Of a stretch of DNA of 64,000 nucleotides, positions 34,175 through 43,382 are shown piece by piece. Both the position numbers and the translations under genes were made by a program. The notes below the pieces were generated by a model. It was not told the origin of the DNA and searched no databases. It was given only the letters and a program-made list of their open reading frames with translations. The number at the start of each line of letters is the position of its first letter. Position 1 is the first letter of the stretch. The DNA is from Eubacteriales bacterium (GTDB lineage Bacteria; Bacillota; Clostridia; Oscillospirales; CAG-272), in NCBI GenBank assembly GCA_045540755.1, contig JAZQHV010000082.1, positions 125,750 through 189,749 of the forward strand. The letters are read 5' to 3'.

Positions 34175-35446
34175 TTATACGCCGTACATCAGCCAGAGGT
34201 AGATATACGCAGGGATGATCGCCGTAAGCGTAAAGGGAATGCCGATCTTGAAGAAGTCGCTGTTCTTGACGGTGTAGCCTTCCTTGCGGAGAATGCCGAT
34301 ACCCGTGATGTTTGCGGATGCACCGATCGGCGTGCAGTTGCCGCCGAGGGTGGCACCCGAGAGCAGACCAAAGTAAAGCACGGTGGGATCGACGCCGAGC
34401 GCGCTTGCAAGGCCGCCGATGATCGGGATCATGGTTGCAACGTAGGGAATGTTATCGATAAACGCAGAGATCAGGACAGAAGCCCAGACGATAACGGTGT
34501 AGAGAACGAATACGTTGCCGCCGCCCGCCTTGGCGAGCAGGTTTGCCGCCGCATCGATAACGCCTTGTGCGGAGATACCGCCGATCATCAGGAACAGACC
34601 GAGCAAAAGCCCAATTGTTTCGAAGTCGATCTCCTTGAGCGGACTCGTGATTGCGGACAACGTACGCTTTTTCGCAAGGTTGTAGATGAGACCGATCACA
34701 AGCAGTACGCAACAGATGAGACCGTTGGTAATGTCGGGCTTGTTTTCGATAAAGGAAGCGCAGATGAGAAGAACGATCGTGCCGAGGAGCAGTGCGGAGG
34801 GGATGTAATCGGTCACCTTGGTACGGCTATCGGATTTCGGGATCGGTGCTTTGTCTTTGCGGAAGAGGAAAGCAAGGATGATCGCTGAAAGCACTGCACC
34901 GAGTTCGACTGCGAAGAAAATGCTGGGTCTGCCTTTGTACCAAAAGAAGTCCATAAAGCTCATATCCAGCGCGGAGCCGAGCATGATGGCGGTGGTATCA
35001 CCGACCAGCGTTGCCGCGCCCTGCAGATTGGAGGAAACGGAAATTGCAATGATAAAGGGAACGGGGTTGGTGTTGAACTTTCTGCAGATCTCCAGTGCAA
35101 CGGGAGCGACCATCAGTACGGTTGCAACGTTGTCAACAAACGCGGAGATCACGCCTGCAAACAGTGCCATGGCAACGGCCGCCATCTGTACGTTCGGCAC
35201 CTTGTCCATCACGATGTCGGCAAGCAGGGCAGGCATCTTGCTTTCGATAAACAAAGCAACAAGTCCCATCGTGCCCGCAATCATCATAAGAACGTTAAGG
35301 TCGATCGAGCCTAAGATATCCTCAAGCGGGAGCATACCGCTGACGATGAAGACCAACGCGGATGCAAGGGCGATGTACGGACGGTATTTGCTGAAGACCA
35401 GCATCAGTACGTACGTAACGGCAAAAAGAATTAAAGCGGGAATCAT
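34175..35446 (-). CDS. ArsB/NhaD-superfamily (citrate-transporter-like) anion permease
   Basis: Polytopic membrane protein with duplicated (F/I)(I/V)DN(V/I) and GG(N)xTxIG motifs typical of this superfamily. ATG at 35446 preferred over the upstream TTG. Confidence 0.8.
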   Translation of the reverse strand: MIPALILFAVTYVLMLVFSKYRPYIALASALVFIVSGMLPLEDILGSIDLNVLMMIAGTMGLVALFIESKMPALLADIVMDKVPNVQMAAVAMALFAGVISAFVDNVATVLMVAPVALEICRKFNTNPVPFIIAISVSSNLQGAATLVGDTTAIMLGSALDMSFMDFFWYKGRPSIFFAVELGAVLSAIILAFLFRKDKAPIPKSDSRTKVTDYIPSALLLGTIVLLICASFIENKPDITNGLICCVLLVIGLIYNLAKKRTLSAITSPLKEIDFETIGLLLGLFLMIGGISAQGVIDAAANLLAKAGGGNVFVLYTVIVWASVLISAFIDNIPYVATMIPIIGGLASALGVDPTVLYFGLLSGATLGGNCTPIGASANITGIGILRKEGYTVKNSDFFKIGIPFTLTAIIPAYIYLWLMYGV

Positions 35447-35554
35447 ATAGAGCAATCCTTTCTGTATATATTGTTTCTATTATCGCAGAAAAACGGCACA
35501 AAAGCAATCCCTTTGACAAAAATTCCCCCACGGGAGACCCGTCGGGGGAATCGT

Positions 35555-36340
35555 TTATTTTTGATTGCGGCGCGCGTATTCGGTGGGGGTGTAGCCTGTG
35601 ATCTTTTTAAAGGTCTTGCTGAAATGATAGATACTTTTGAAGCCGACGCTTTCCGCAATATCTGTGATAGGGGTGTAATCGCCGGAGAGCATATCTTTTG
35701 CCTTTTCCATGCGTACCGATTGCAGATAGCGCATCGGTGACTGCCCGAAGACAACGGAGAAGATCTTACGAAAGTATACACTGCTGATGCCCGAAATACG
35801 CGCCATATCGTCGCTGGAAAGATCGGGATTTGCGTAGTTTTCTTCCAAATATTTAATAGCGGGCTCGATGACCTTGTATTTACTGGAGGAGTAGTAGCCT
35901 GAAAGCTCTGTCTCATGCAGTTTGGCAAGCAGGTCGTAGAGTCCCGAGATGCAGAATAGCTCGTAAGCAGGCTTTTTAAAGGTCCAGAGTCGCTCCAGAT
36001 TGATGGCTTTATTGACAAAATCGTGTTTACGGCTGACGGGGTAACTGGTTACGCTTGGCACCTCACCGTCATAGGTGGCTTCAAACTCGACCATAAAGCA
36101 TTCGCCAAGCTCCTCAAAACGGTTCTTGTAGGAGGAGCCCATTGGTAAAAGCACAACGTGATCGGGATCGGAAACGTGCTCCTTGCCGCCGGAAACGTAG
36201 ACCGTTCTTCCCGCGAGCTTTACAGAAATTGCCCAGCAGTTTCGGTTTTTGCGCATACCGGTGCTTCTTGTGCTGACGTTGATACGGTTGACGGCGCGGA
36301 TCCGCTTGACCGTCAGGGAAGGTAAATTGATCTTTTCCAT
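35555..36340 (-). CDS. AraC-family transcriptional regulator
   Basis: GGAGG RBS before MEKINLP. The C-terminal double HTH is ARISGISSVYFRKIF...IAESVGFKSIYHFSKTFKK. The upstream part of the 438-aa tracked ORF is non-coding read-through. Confidence 0.85.
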   Translation of the reverse strand: MEKINLPSLTVKRIRAVNRINVSTRSTGMRKNRNCWAISVKLAGRTVYVSGGKEHVSDPDHVVLLPMGSSYKNRFEELGECFMVEFEATYDGEVPSVTSYPVSRKHDFVNKAINLERLWTFKKPAYELFCISGLYDLLAKLHETELSGYYSSSKYKVIEPAIKYLEENYANPDLSSDDMARISGISSVYFRKIFSVVFGQSPMRYLQSVRMEKAKDMLSGDYTPITDIAESVGFKSIYHFSKTFKKITGYTPTEYARRNQK

Positions 36341-36521
36341 GTTTGCCTCCGTTTCGCCGAATTCTGCCATCATTATACATAAAGGCTTTTCACTTGTCAA
36401 CCGACAAATACAAAATTGAGTATCAAAAATGACAAAAATATCGCCATGTACATTTACATTCCGCTGCGCTGCGTGTAGTATAAAAAATGGAAAGTCATGA
36501 ACGAAGGAGTGCACATATATT

Positions 36522-37520
36522 ATGAAAAAAATCAAGATCGGACAGATCGGTATCGGACACAACCACGGTGCTGCCAAGGCGGCAGATTGCAAGCGCCTTC
36601 CCGAGCTGTTTGAGTTTGTGGGGCTCGTTGTTCCGGATTGCGACGAGGCATATTTCAGCAGAAAGAATCTGGACGTATATAAGGACGTTCCGATCATGAC
36701 GGAGGAGGAGCTGTTTGCCATTCCGGATCTCGATGCTGTTCTGATCGAGACCACGGTGCCGAATCTTGTTCCCACTGCGCAGAGAGCGATCGACCGCGGT
36801 CTGCACATCCATCTGGATAAGCCCGCAGGCGAGAACATCGACGAGTTTGAAAAGCTTTTGATGGATGCCAAAGCGAAGAATCTTGCCGTACAAATGGGTT
36901 ACATGTATCGCTACAACCCCGGTGTACTGTATGCGCTGGAGCAGATCGAGGCGGGCAAGCTTGGTGATATCCATACCATTGATGCGCACATGAGCACTGA
37001 GCATAAGCCGGACTTCCGCAAGTTCCTGTCGCAGTTTACGGGCGGCTCGATGTACATTTTCGGTTGCCATCTGATCGACCTCATCGTCAAGATCAAAGGC
37101 AAGCCCAACAAGGTTGTTCCTTTTGTTGTAAATTCCGGCTACGACGGTCTGGATTTCCCGGACAACTGCTGTGCAGCGCTGGTTTATGATGACGGTACCT
37201 GCTTTATCCGCACCTCCTCGGTAGAGGTCAACGGTTGGGGTCGTCGCCAGTTTGTCGTTTGCGGCACCAAGGGTACCATCGAGATCAAGCCGATCGAGGG
37301 ACCGATGCACGTGATCGAGGCATATGTGCCCGAGACCAAGTCCTGGAACGACATTCATCACGACGTGGAGCCTCCCGAGCAGAAGCACCGCTACACCAAT
37401 ATGCTTACCGATTTTGCAAAAATGATCCGCGGCGAGGGTGAGAACCCTTATACCTACGAGCATGACCTCTACGTACATAAGGCAACGCTCGCGGCCTGCG
37501 GCTTTGATATTGAACTGTAA
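36522..37520 (+). CDS. Gfo/Idh/MocA-family NAD(P)-dependent oxidoreductase
   Basis: MKKIKIGQIGIGHNHG Rossmann start, typical of the family. GAAGGAG RBS. Confidence 0.85.
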   Translation: MKKIKIGQIGIGHNHGAAKAADCKRLPELFEFVGLVVPDCDEAYFSRKNLDVYKDVPIMTEEELFAIPDLDAVLIETTVPNLVPTAQRAIDRGLHIHLDKPAGENIDEFEKLLMDAKAKNLAVQMGYMYRYNPGVLYALEQIEAGKLGDIHTIDAHMSTEHKPDFRKFLSQFTGGSMYIFGCHLIDLIVKIKGKPNKVVPFVVNSGYDGLDFPDNCCAALVYDDGTCFIRTSSVEVNGWGRRQFVVCGTKGTIEIKPIEGPMHVIEAYVPETKSWNDIHHDVEPPEQKHRYTNMLTDFAKMIRGEGENPYTYEHDLYVHKATLAACGFDIEL

Positions 37521-37538
37521 TTCAGGAGGGAAAACAGC

Positions 37539-38522
37539 ATGAAAGCAATGCTTGTAGATGACAAACAGAATCTCGTTTGGTCGGACGTTGCCGATCCCGT
37601 ATGTGGCGACGAAACGATCATTATTGAAGTAGAGGCGGCGGCGCTCAACCGCGCGGATCTCCTCCAGAGAGTGGGAAAATACCCGAGCCCTAAGGGGTGG
37701 CCGGAATGGATGGGACTTGAGGTCGCAGGTACCGTTAAAGAAATGGGGGCTATCGCGAAAGAGAAGTCTCCGTTTAAGATCGGTGACGCCGTTTGCGCAC
37801 TGCTCGGTGGTGGCGGTTATGCAGAATACTGTGCCGTTCCGTACAACATGGTCATGCCGATCCCGAAGGGACTCACTATGGCGGAAGCATCCTCGCTTCC
37901 CGAGGCATATGCAACCTCGTATCTGAATCTGTTCTATGAGGGGCACCTCAAGGCGGGCCAGACCATTTACATCGCGGCGGGCGCATCCGGTCTTGCAAGC
38001 GTAGCCATCCCGATGGCAAAGGCATTCGGTGCCAAGGTCGTGACCAGCGTACTGAATGCGGAGATCGCAAAGAATATTGCGCACCTCGGTGCGGATATCG
38101 TGGTAGACACCTCCGTAACGAAGTTGGAGGACGTATTCGCAGAGCTTGATGCAAAGGGCGAGCCTGTCAACGTGGCAATGGACTGCCTGTGCGGCGATAC
38201 GCTCGGCAAGTGCATGCAGTATATGGCAGAGGGCGGCTACTGGGTCGTCATTTCCACTCTTGCAGGTGTGGAGACCAACATTTGGCTCCGTCCGCTTCTC
38301 ACCCGCGGTCTGCACCTTGTTGGTAGCATGCTCCGCAAGAGAAGCGTGCAGGAAAAGGCAGATCTGCTGGCTGAACTCGTAGAAAAAGTATGGCCCAAGC
38401 TGGAGAGCGGCGAAATCAAGCCTACCGTATATAAGGTACTTCCCATGTCGCAGGCGATCGAGGCACACGGAATTCTGGAGCGCGGAGAAAACGTAGGAAA
38501 GGTCGTTCTGACGCTGAAATGA
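37539..38522 (+). CDS. Quinone-oxidoreductase-like MDR dehydrogenase (NADPH:quinone reductase family)
   Basis: ALNRADLLQRVGKYP and the GASGLAS cofactor motif. CAGGAGGG RBS. Confidence 0.85.
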   Translation: MKAMLVDDKQNLVWSDVADPVCGDETIIIEVEAAALNRADLLQRVGKYPSPKGWPEWMGLEVAGTVKEMGAIAKEKSPFKIGDAVCALLGGGGYAEYCAVPYNMVMPIPKGLTMAEASSLPEAYATSYLNLFYEGHLKAGQTIYIAAGASGLASVAIPMAKAFGAKVVTSVLNAEIAKNIAHLGADIVVDTSVTKLEDVFAELDAKGEPVNVAMDCLCGDTLGKCMQYMAEGGYWVVISTLAGVETNIWLRPLLTRGLHLVGSMLRKRSVQEKADLLAELVEKVWPKLESGEIKPTVYKVLPMSQAIEAHGILERGENVGKVVLTLK

Positions 38523-39511
38523 TGGATTTTATCAACACGGTTACCGCATCCCCCATGTATGAATATTTCACAAGAGCGGCAACGCAAATTCTGATGATCC
38601 TTTTGTACATTGGCATCGGCTTTATCCTTCGCCGTTCAAAGCTTCTCCCCGAGAACACCTCCAAGAGCCTTTCGCTTCTGGAGACCTTCGTTTTTCTGCC
38701 CGCACTGATCTTTAACAATCTTTCCACCAACGTGCGGATTGAAAAATTGACCACTTATTCGGTTATGGTTATCAGCGGCGTGATCTTTCTCATCGGCGTT
38801 CTGCTGGTTGCAAAGCTCTTTACGACTGTCTTTATGAAGGGCAGACCGAAGGAAGAATACGGCACTTACATGTATATGTTTGCCTTTGCAAACTACGGCT
38901 ACGTCGGTTACCCCGTTATCGAGGGTGTATTCGGTTCGGAGATGCTGACAAAGATGATCTTGTTTGCCGTTCCGTTTACGTTTGCAATTTATACGTACGG
39001 TGCGATTTTGCTATCGGGTGATGGCTCATCCAAAAAATTCAGGATACCGCCGAAGATGATCCCGATCCTCTGTGCGCTCGGTCTCGGCGTGATCGTTGGC
39101 CTTACCGGCGTAAAACTTCCCGAATTTGTGACCGGTATGACCGGTGCGCTCAAGGGTTGCATGTCGCCGGTTGCGATGATCATGACCGGTTTTGTGCTCG
39201 GCTCTCTGAATTTCAAGGCGATCTTCACTTCAATACGTGCATATCTTGTCAGCGTTGTCCGCCTTGCAGTAATTCCCGCGATCTTTATCGGTGCGATGCT
39301 CTTGCTCCGCGTATTCGTGGACGTGCCGGGCGAACTGATGATCATTCCGCTCTTTATTGCATCCATGCCGATCGGTCTCAATGCTGTTATCTTTGTAGAG
39401 GCAAACGGACGTGACAGCTCGGATAATGCACGCATGTGCCTGATCTCCTACATTCTGGCATTTGTTACCGTGCCGCTCATTATGGCATTTTTGTCGCAGT
39501 ATTATATTTAA
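38519..39511 (+). CDS. AEC (auxin efflux carrier) family transporter
   Basis: About ten TM segments, with a family-like N-terminus (LLYIGIGFILRR...L..LV(F)..LPALIF). ATGA overlap with the upstream gene. Confidence 0.8.
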   Translation: MMDFINTVTASPMYEYFTRAATQILMILLYIGIGFILRRSKLLPENTSKSLSLLETFVFLPALIFNNLSTNVRIEKLTTYSVMVISGVIFLIGVLLVAKLFTTVFMKGRPKEEYGTYMYMFAFANYGYVGYPVIEGVFGSEMLTKMILFAVPFTFAIYTYGAILLSGDGSSKKFRIPPKMIPILCALGLGVIVGLTGVKLPEFVTGMTGALKGCMSPVAMIMTGFVLGSLNFKAIFTSIRAYLVSVVRLAVIPAIFIGAMLLLRVFVDVPGELMIIPLFIASMPIGLNAVIFVEANGRDSSDNARMCLISYILAFVTVPLIMAFLSQYYI

Positions 39512-39524
39512 GTGAGGTATTATA

Positions 39525-40538
39525 ATGAAACGCAAGCAGATTCTTTTTACCGCACCCGGTAAAGCAGAATTTCTCGAAAGAGAAGTAAAGGACATCGCCG
39601 ATGATGAGGCGCTGATCCGAACCGATTACAGCGCGGTCAGTGCAGGTACCGAGTTTGCAAACCTGATGGGCACGCCCAACCTGCCCGGCGGGGGCGGATG
39701 GCCTAAGGCACTCGGTTATTCCTCTGTCGGTACCATTGTCAAGGCGGGCAAGGATCTGAAAAAGTTCAAGGTCGGCGACCGCGTGCTGGTATACCACGGT
39801 TGTCATACCAACTATAACAAGCAGAAAGAGAACAAGATGATGCTCGTGCCCGAGGGCATGGATCTTAAGCAGGCGGCGCTGGTCATCATCGCGGCGATGG
39901 GTCTCGGCGGCGTGCGCAAACTCACGCTCGAAATGGGTGAAAGCGCCATGATTATCGGCCTCGGTCTGCTCGGTATGTTCTCCGTAGAGTTTGCAAAACT
40001 CAGCGGTGCATACCCCGTCATCGTTTCCGACCTCTCGGCAGAGCGTCGCGAGCTTGCGCTCAAGGTTGGTGCTGACTACGCACTCGACCCTGCCGCTCCC
40101 GACTATGTCGAGCAGGTCATGAAGATCACAAAGGGTAAGGGCGTCAACGGTATCGTTGAGGTTACCGGTTCCGCCCGTGCGCTGGAGCAGGCGCTGAAGT
40201 TTGTTGCCCCTATGGGGCGCATTTCGCTGCTCGGATGTACCCGCGTTTCGGATCTTTCGATCGACTACTATCAGGAAGTGCACCGTCCTGGCGTCAAGCT
40301 CATCGGCGCACACAACTTCGTCCGTCCCAAGGTCGAGTCCTATCCCGGTCATTGGACCATGCACGACGATTGTGTTTGCATCATGGATCTTGCTGTCGGC
40401 GGCAGAATCGACATCGCTTCCATCATTAACGAAGTGCATACGCCCGATGAGGCACCCGAGGTGTTCGACCGTCTCGCAAAGGATCATCATCATTTCCCAC
40501 TTGGCGTTCTGTTCGACTGGACGAATGTAGAAGACTAA
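39525..40538 (+). CDS. MDR-superfamily dehydrogenase lacking the catalytic-zinc GHE motif (paralog A)
   Basis: GroES-like N-domain plus the Rossmann motif IIGLGLLG. GYS replaces the usual GHE. About 70% identical by eye to the protein encoded at 43383-44393. Confidence 0.85.
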   Translation: MKRKQILFTAPGKAEFLEREVKDIADDEALIRTDYSAVSAGTEFANLMGTPNLPGGGGWPKALGYSSVGTIVKAGKDLKKFKVGDRVLVYHGCHTNYNKQKENKMMLVPEGMDLKQAALVIIAAMGLGGVRKLTLEMGESAMIIGLGLLGMFSVEFAKLSGAYPVIVSDLSAERRELALKVGADYALDPAAPDYVEQVMKITKGKGVNGIVEVTGSARALEQALKFVAPMGRISLLGCTRVSDLSIDYYQEVHRPGVKLIGAHNFVRPKVESYPGHWTMHDDCVCIMDLAVGGRIDIASIINEVHTPDEAPEVFDRLAKDHHHFPLGVLFDWTNVED

Positions 40539-40544
40539 AAAACA

Positions 40545-40581
40545 AGCACCCCAAAAGGCACACGCCTTTTGGGGTGCTTTT
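40545..40581. terminator. Bidirectional terminator
   Basis: 15-bp stem AGCACCCCAAAAGGC/GCCTTTTGGGGTGCT. Confidence 0.85.
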
Positions 40582-41371
40582 ATATTTGCTTTACAACCGT
40601 TAACTCGGTTTTTGTGTTTTCCAGTGCACGGTGAATTTCCTCCGGGATGGTAGCACCGTCATCGGTGATAATCCGATCAAAGCCGTCAAGCCCGGAAACG
40701 ATATAGGTAGAGACTTTGCCAAGCTTTTCCCGCTCTGCGATCAGCACCGAGTGTGCCGAATGCTGCATCAGATGCCGCGCATAAAAGCATTCCTCCACAT
40801 CGTACAGAGAGGCACCCGCCTCGGAAAGAGCAGTGCAAGCGATAAAGCAAAGATCAAAGCGGAATCTGTCGATCTCGTCGGTAGCGGAGGCGCCTTTGGT
40901 AAAATAATTAACGGCATCCAGAACACCGCCGACAAAGAGAACCTGCCCCTTGATCTCACCGCTCGCGGTCTTGCGCAAAAGGATATCGGCGATCTTGAGA
41001 GAATTTGTGACCAGTGTGACGCCTTCTACGTCCGAAATTTGGGAGGCCACTGCCTCGATAGATGTACCGGGTGCAAATGCAACCACCGTGTTGCCGCGGA
41101 TCATGTTTGCCGCTTCGTTGCCTATGGATATTTTTTCCTGTTGATTGTCATGGACTCTCCACAGATAGCTTTTGTCCTTGCGGAAGGGGGGCTTGAAAGG
41201 GGTGGCACCTCCGCGTTCTTTTTTCAGCAGTGCCTCCGCGGCAAGCTTGTTTATATCGCGGCGGACGGTTTCGATGGAAACGTGCAGCTCCTTTGCCGCC
41301 TCGGATATGGAAACAAAACCGAACCTTTTGGCAGTATTCAATATGAATTTTCGTCTGTCTTCGGGTCGCAT
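40580..41371 (-). CDS. DeoR-family transcriptional regulator
   Basis: N-terminal HTH RRKFILNTAKRFGFVSISEAAKELHVSIETVRRDINKL plus a C-terminal sugar-phosphate-binding-like domain. AAGGAG RBS. Confidence 0.85.
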   Translation of the reverse strand: MRPEDRRKFILNTAKRFGFVSISEAAKELHVSIETVRRDINKLAAEALLKKERGGATPFKPPFRKDKSYLWRVHDNQQEKISIGNEAANMIRGNTVVAFAPGTSIEAVASQISDVEGVTLVTNSLKIADILLRKTASGEIKGQVLFVGGVLDAVNYFTKGASATDEIDRFRFDLCFIACTALSEAGASLYDVEECFYARHLMQHSAHSVLIAEREKLGKVSTYIVSGLDGFDRIITDDGATIPEEIHRALENTKTELTVVKQI

Positions 41372-41508
41372 CCGGCATGGCTCCTTGTTTTCTTTGTTTA
41401 TATTATATATATTATATCGCACCTTGTGGAGAAATGCAACATTTAATAACAAAATCACAACAAAACACAACATTTTTTCGTCATTACGGAGAAATGCGGA
41501 GCATGGAC

Positions 41509-41537
41509 TTGCCGCGTCGTTTTTTGCGTGCTATACT
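41509..41537 (+). promoter_or_regulatory. Candidate promoter of the phosphodiesterase gene
   Basis: TTGCCG, a 17-nt spacer, then TATACT. It is preceded by two GGAGAAATGC boxes (41428-41437 and 41488-41497) exactly 60 bp apart. Confidence 0.45.
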
Positions 41538-41569
41538 GATTGCAAAGCCTTTAAAAGGGGGAGTTGCGT

Positions 41570-43348
41570 ATGAAAAAGAAAGTGGTTTTTGGAATCCTCG
41601 TTGCTGTTTTTCTGGCAATGGCTTGCATCACGGTCGGTGCAACGGACGGTGCGTACAAGTACGTTGCGATCATCGGCGTAGACGGCGCGGGCACGTATTT
41701 CCGCGATGCCGATACGCCTTGCATAGACAGTATTTTTGAAAACGGTGCCGTGAGCTATGACGTGCTCACCTCCGATCCGACAGTCAGCGCACAGTCCTGG
41801 ACGGCGTTGTTGCATGGCGTTACACCTTGGTATCACGGTGTGACCAATCCGATCGCAGGCTCGAAACGTTTTTCTGTTTTGTCACTGTATCCGAGCGTTT
41901 TCCGTGTGATCCGCGAGCAGGATGCGGATGCGGTTCTCGCTTCCTTTGTACATTGGTCTGCCATTAATTTTGGCATTGTGGAGGAAGGGATCGGTGTGCA
42001 CAAGGTCAGCGGACTTGGGGATGCCGCGCTGACGAAAAGCATCTGTTCCTACGTTGCCGAAAATCGCCCGAAGCTGCTGTTCGTACAATTTGACGATGCG
42101 GACCACGTCGGTCATTCCGTTGGCTTTGGATCGGCGGATCAGCTCGCAAAGATCACCGAGCTGGACGGTTATATCGGAGAGATCTACGGTGCTTACGAGA
42201 CGGCGGGGATCCTTGGGGATACCCTCTTTATCGTGACCGCCGATCACGGCGGAAACGGCCTTAATCACGGTGGCTGGACGGACGGTGAGCGATATGTAAT
42301 GTTTGCGGCGGCGGGCAAGACCGTGGAGAAGGGGACGATCGGCGACATGGCGATCCGCGATACCGCCGCGATCACCTTGCACGCGCTCGGCTATAAAGCC
42401 CCCGCAACCTGGACGGCGCGCGTACCCGGCGGACTTTTTGCGGGCGTAGCGGCCGAGGAAAGAAAGTATTATTCGCCTGCGGGATCGCCTCGCGCTTGGG
42501 GAAGCGTACCGACACCCGAAAAGGGCGGGGCGTACTACGTCACAAGTTTTACCGACAAGTTGCCTGCGGTGTATCTGCCCTTTGACGGCAATGTCGACGA
42601 CGCTATGGGTAACGCGACTGCGGAGAAGGGAAGCATTTCTTATTCGCAGGGATACTTCGGCAAGGGCATCGTACTCGACAACGGCTACGTTTCTCTCGGG
42701 GACTATGCACTCGGAACAGAGGATTTCAGCGTTGCATTCTGGATCCGCACCGAGGGGCTGACTGGCTCCGATCCCTGCCTGCTGTCGAATAAGGTTTGGT
42801 CCTCGGGAAGAAACGCAGGCTTTTGCTTTGCGTTTGACCACGCCAAACAGTTGAAGTTTAATGCAGGTGACGGGTCAAATCGCACGGATGCCGTACTGGC
42901 ACTCCCCGAGGATTTCTACGAGGGCTGGATGCACGTTGTGCTTTCGGTGGACCGCGATGCGGGAAAGGTCGGTATCTGCTATGATTTCGGCGAGCTTGTC
43001 GAAACAAATATTGCATCTGCATTGCTGAAAACCACTTTCGACAGCGGACTTCCGCTCCACATTGGACAAGACGGTCTTGCCGCACGCACCGCGATTCCTG
43101 CCGTTCTGGACGAATTCATGCTGTTTGACTGTGCGCTGACTGATGCAGACGTGCAGGCACTGCGTGCATATTATACGTTACCTGCCGAGGATGTTGACGG
43201 AGACCGCGCAGTCACCGTCAAGGACGTTCTGCACTCGCTGCAGTCCTTGCTTTTGGGGGAGTATCCGATGCGTGGAGACGTTGATGGCAACGGAGAACTT
43301 TCACTTTTGGACGTGATACGGATTCTGAAAGCCACGGTAATTGCATAA
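41570..43348 (+). CDS. Secreted alkaline-phosphatase-superfamily type-I phosphodiesterase/nucleotide pyrophosphatase + LamG/ConA-like lectin domain + type-I dockerin
   Basis: GGGGGAG RBS and signal peptide MKKKVVFGILVAVFLAMA. NPP-type motifs are GVDGAG, TSDPTVSAQSW (nucleophile Thr/Ser region), DDADHVGH and ADHGG. A lectin-like region follows (FSVAFWIRT...). Dockerin loops are DVDGDRAVTVKD and DVDGNGELSLLD. Confidence 0.85.
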   Translation: MKKKVVFGILVAVFLAMACITVGATDGAYKYVAIIGVDGAGTYFRDADTPCIDSIFENGAVSYDVLTSDPTVSAQSWTALLHGVTPWYHGVTNPIAGSKRFSVLSLYPSVFRVIREQDADAVLASFVHWSAINFGIVEEGIGVHKVSGLGDAALTKSICSYVAENRPKLLFVQFDDADHVGHSVGFGSADQLAKITELDGYIGEIYGAYETAGILGDTLFIVTADHGGNGLNHGGWTDGERYVMFAAAGKTVEKGTIGDMAIRDTAAITLHALGYKAPATWTARVPGGLFAGVAAEERKYYSPAGSPRAWGSVPTPEKGGAYYVTSFTDKLPAVYLPFDGNVDDAMGNATAEKGSISYSQGYFGKGIVLDNGYVSLGDYALGTEDFSVAFWIRTEGLTGSDPCLLSNKVWSSGRNAGFCFAFDHAKQLKFNAGDGSNRTDAVLALPEDFYEGWMHVVLSVDRDAGKVGICYDFGELVETNIASALLKTTFDSGLPLHIGQDGLAARTAIPAVLDEFMLFDCALTDADVQALRAYYTLPAEDVDGDRAVTVKDVLHSLQSLLLGEYPMRGDVDGNGELSLLDVIRILKATVIA

Positions 43349-43381
43349 AAAAAGCCCGAAGAATTTTTCTTCGGGCTTTTG
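43349..43381. terminator. Bidirectional terminator
   Basis: AAGCCCGAAGA/TCTTCGGGCTT hairpin between convergent genes. Confidence 0.8.
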
Positions 43382-43382
43382 A

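Noticed and set aside
36341-36871. The upstream extension of the AraC ORF 35555-36871.
   Set aside because: The extension crosses the divergent promoter region and overlaps the Gfo-family gene in antisense. A GGAGG RBS precedes the internal ATG at 36340, which gives a normal 261-aa AraC protein.
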